NCBI RefSeq assembly: GCF_006345805.1
Contig: NW_021829156.1
Span: 1 to 6,976, forward strand
Source: Octopus sinensis
Taxonomy: Eukaryota
Reading direction: 5' to 3'
Length of the DNA stretch: 6,976 nt
Position 1 is the stretch's first letter, and each line of letters opens with the position of its first letter. The notes below the pieces were generated by a model. The model was not told the DNA's origin, did no database searches, and was given only the letters and a program-made list of their open reading frames with translations. Made by a program: the position numbers and the translations under genes. Positions 6,348-6,976 of the stretch are shown here, piece after piece.

Positions 6348-6730
6348 GGTAGATCTTAAAAAACTAAAACAGTCACGAAGTTAAAAACCACAACCGGCCA
6401 GATATTGTTGTGTGTGACCACAAGAAAAAGATATGCTCTGTTGTGGAAATTAGTTGCCCTCTTCAACACCAATATGATCAGAAAAATACAGGGGAAAGAG
6501 GACATATATTGACCATTGATAAGGAGTTTGCTATCCAGTACGCAAGATACTCTTCAGTTTCATAACTATTATTATCGGAGCAACAGGATAGGGACCAACA
6601 GGCATAGATCAATGTACGGCTGAACTTGGGTCCTCGGGGAGAACAACACAACTCCTTAATTCATACGCTACGGGTGATCACGATATCTGGGCCAATAAAA
6701 AAAAATCTGCAAAATTTCCTTAGGATCTGA
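6347..6730 (+). mobile_element. Decayed 3' coding end of an RLE-type non-LTR retrotransposon (R4/Dong/Rex6-like), family 2
   Basis: HNRPDIVVCDHKKKICSVVEISCPL (6389-6463) carries the PD...E RLE catalytic motif. With frameshifts and stops it continues NTNMIRKIQGKEDIY*PLIRSL, FSFITIIIGATG*, IHTLRVITISG and ICKI(F)LRI*. Confidence 0.85.
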
Positions 6731-6741
6731 ATGAGTTCACA

Positions 6742-6857
6742 TAGCTGTGTGGTAAGTAGCTTGCTTACCAACCACATGGTTCCAGGTTCAGTCCCAGTGC
6801 ATGGCATCTTGGGCAAGTGTCTTCTACTATAGCCTCGGGCCAATCAAAGCCTAGACG
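6742..6857 (+). mobile_element. tRNA-derived SINE, 5' part (second family)
   Basis: A-box-like TAGCTGTGTGG (6742-6752) and B-box-like GGTTCAGTCCC (6785-6795), followed by a CTTGGGCAAGTGTCTTCTACT central-domain-like segment. The 3' part is truncated. Confidence 0.8.
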
Positions 6858-6976
6858 TTTGTCCTTCACAACCTTACTATCAAGCCGGTCACAATTAACT
6901 CGAAATAAAATAAAAAAGAAAACATGCATTTTTTTTATTGTTTTAGTTTAACTTGTTTCAGTCGTTTGTCTGTGGC

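Noticed and set aside
6519-6557. Minus-strand CTGAAGAG...GATAGCAAAC hammerhead-like string
   Set aside because: It lacks the G of GAAA and lies antisense within recognisable LINE coding sequence, so it is most likely chance.
1-6976. CRISPR array or prokaryotic operon/defence system
   Set aside because: There are no regularly spaced repeat-spacer units and no dense coding. The window is eukaryotic repetitive DNA.

Overview
Repeat-dense, AT-rich eukaryotic non-genic DNA. The tetranucleotide microsatellite load and SINE types resemble octopus/coleoid cephalopod DNA; this is my recollection, not a database result. I find no supportable host protein-coding gene, and most long ORFs in the track are translations of microsatellites. 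Recognisable elements are a left-end mariner remnant (TIR plus N-terminal HTH ORF, 52-638), two tRNA-derived SINEs (5978-6296 minus, 6742-6857 plus) and two decayed 3' ends of restriction-like-endonuclease (RLE, R4/Dong/Rex6-type) LINEs (5417-5805, 6347-6730). The most interesting structure is at 871-1526, none of it explained by the ORF track. It contains a type I hammerhead ribozyme with an intact CUGAAGA/GAAA core and an unusually long stem II (1258-1340, plus). The ribozyme lies between two ~80-bp inverted repeats whose outer ends are equal-length (TA) tracts (992-1075 / 1446-1526). A second, degenerate minimal hammerhead lies on the opposite strand just outside the left arm (871-912). The arrangement suggests a non-autonomous Penelope-like/retrozyme-type element or a ribozyme-carrying foldback/MITE unit.
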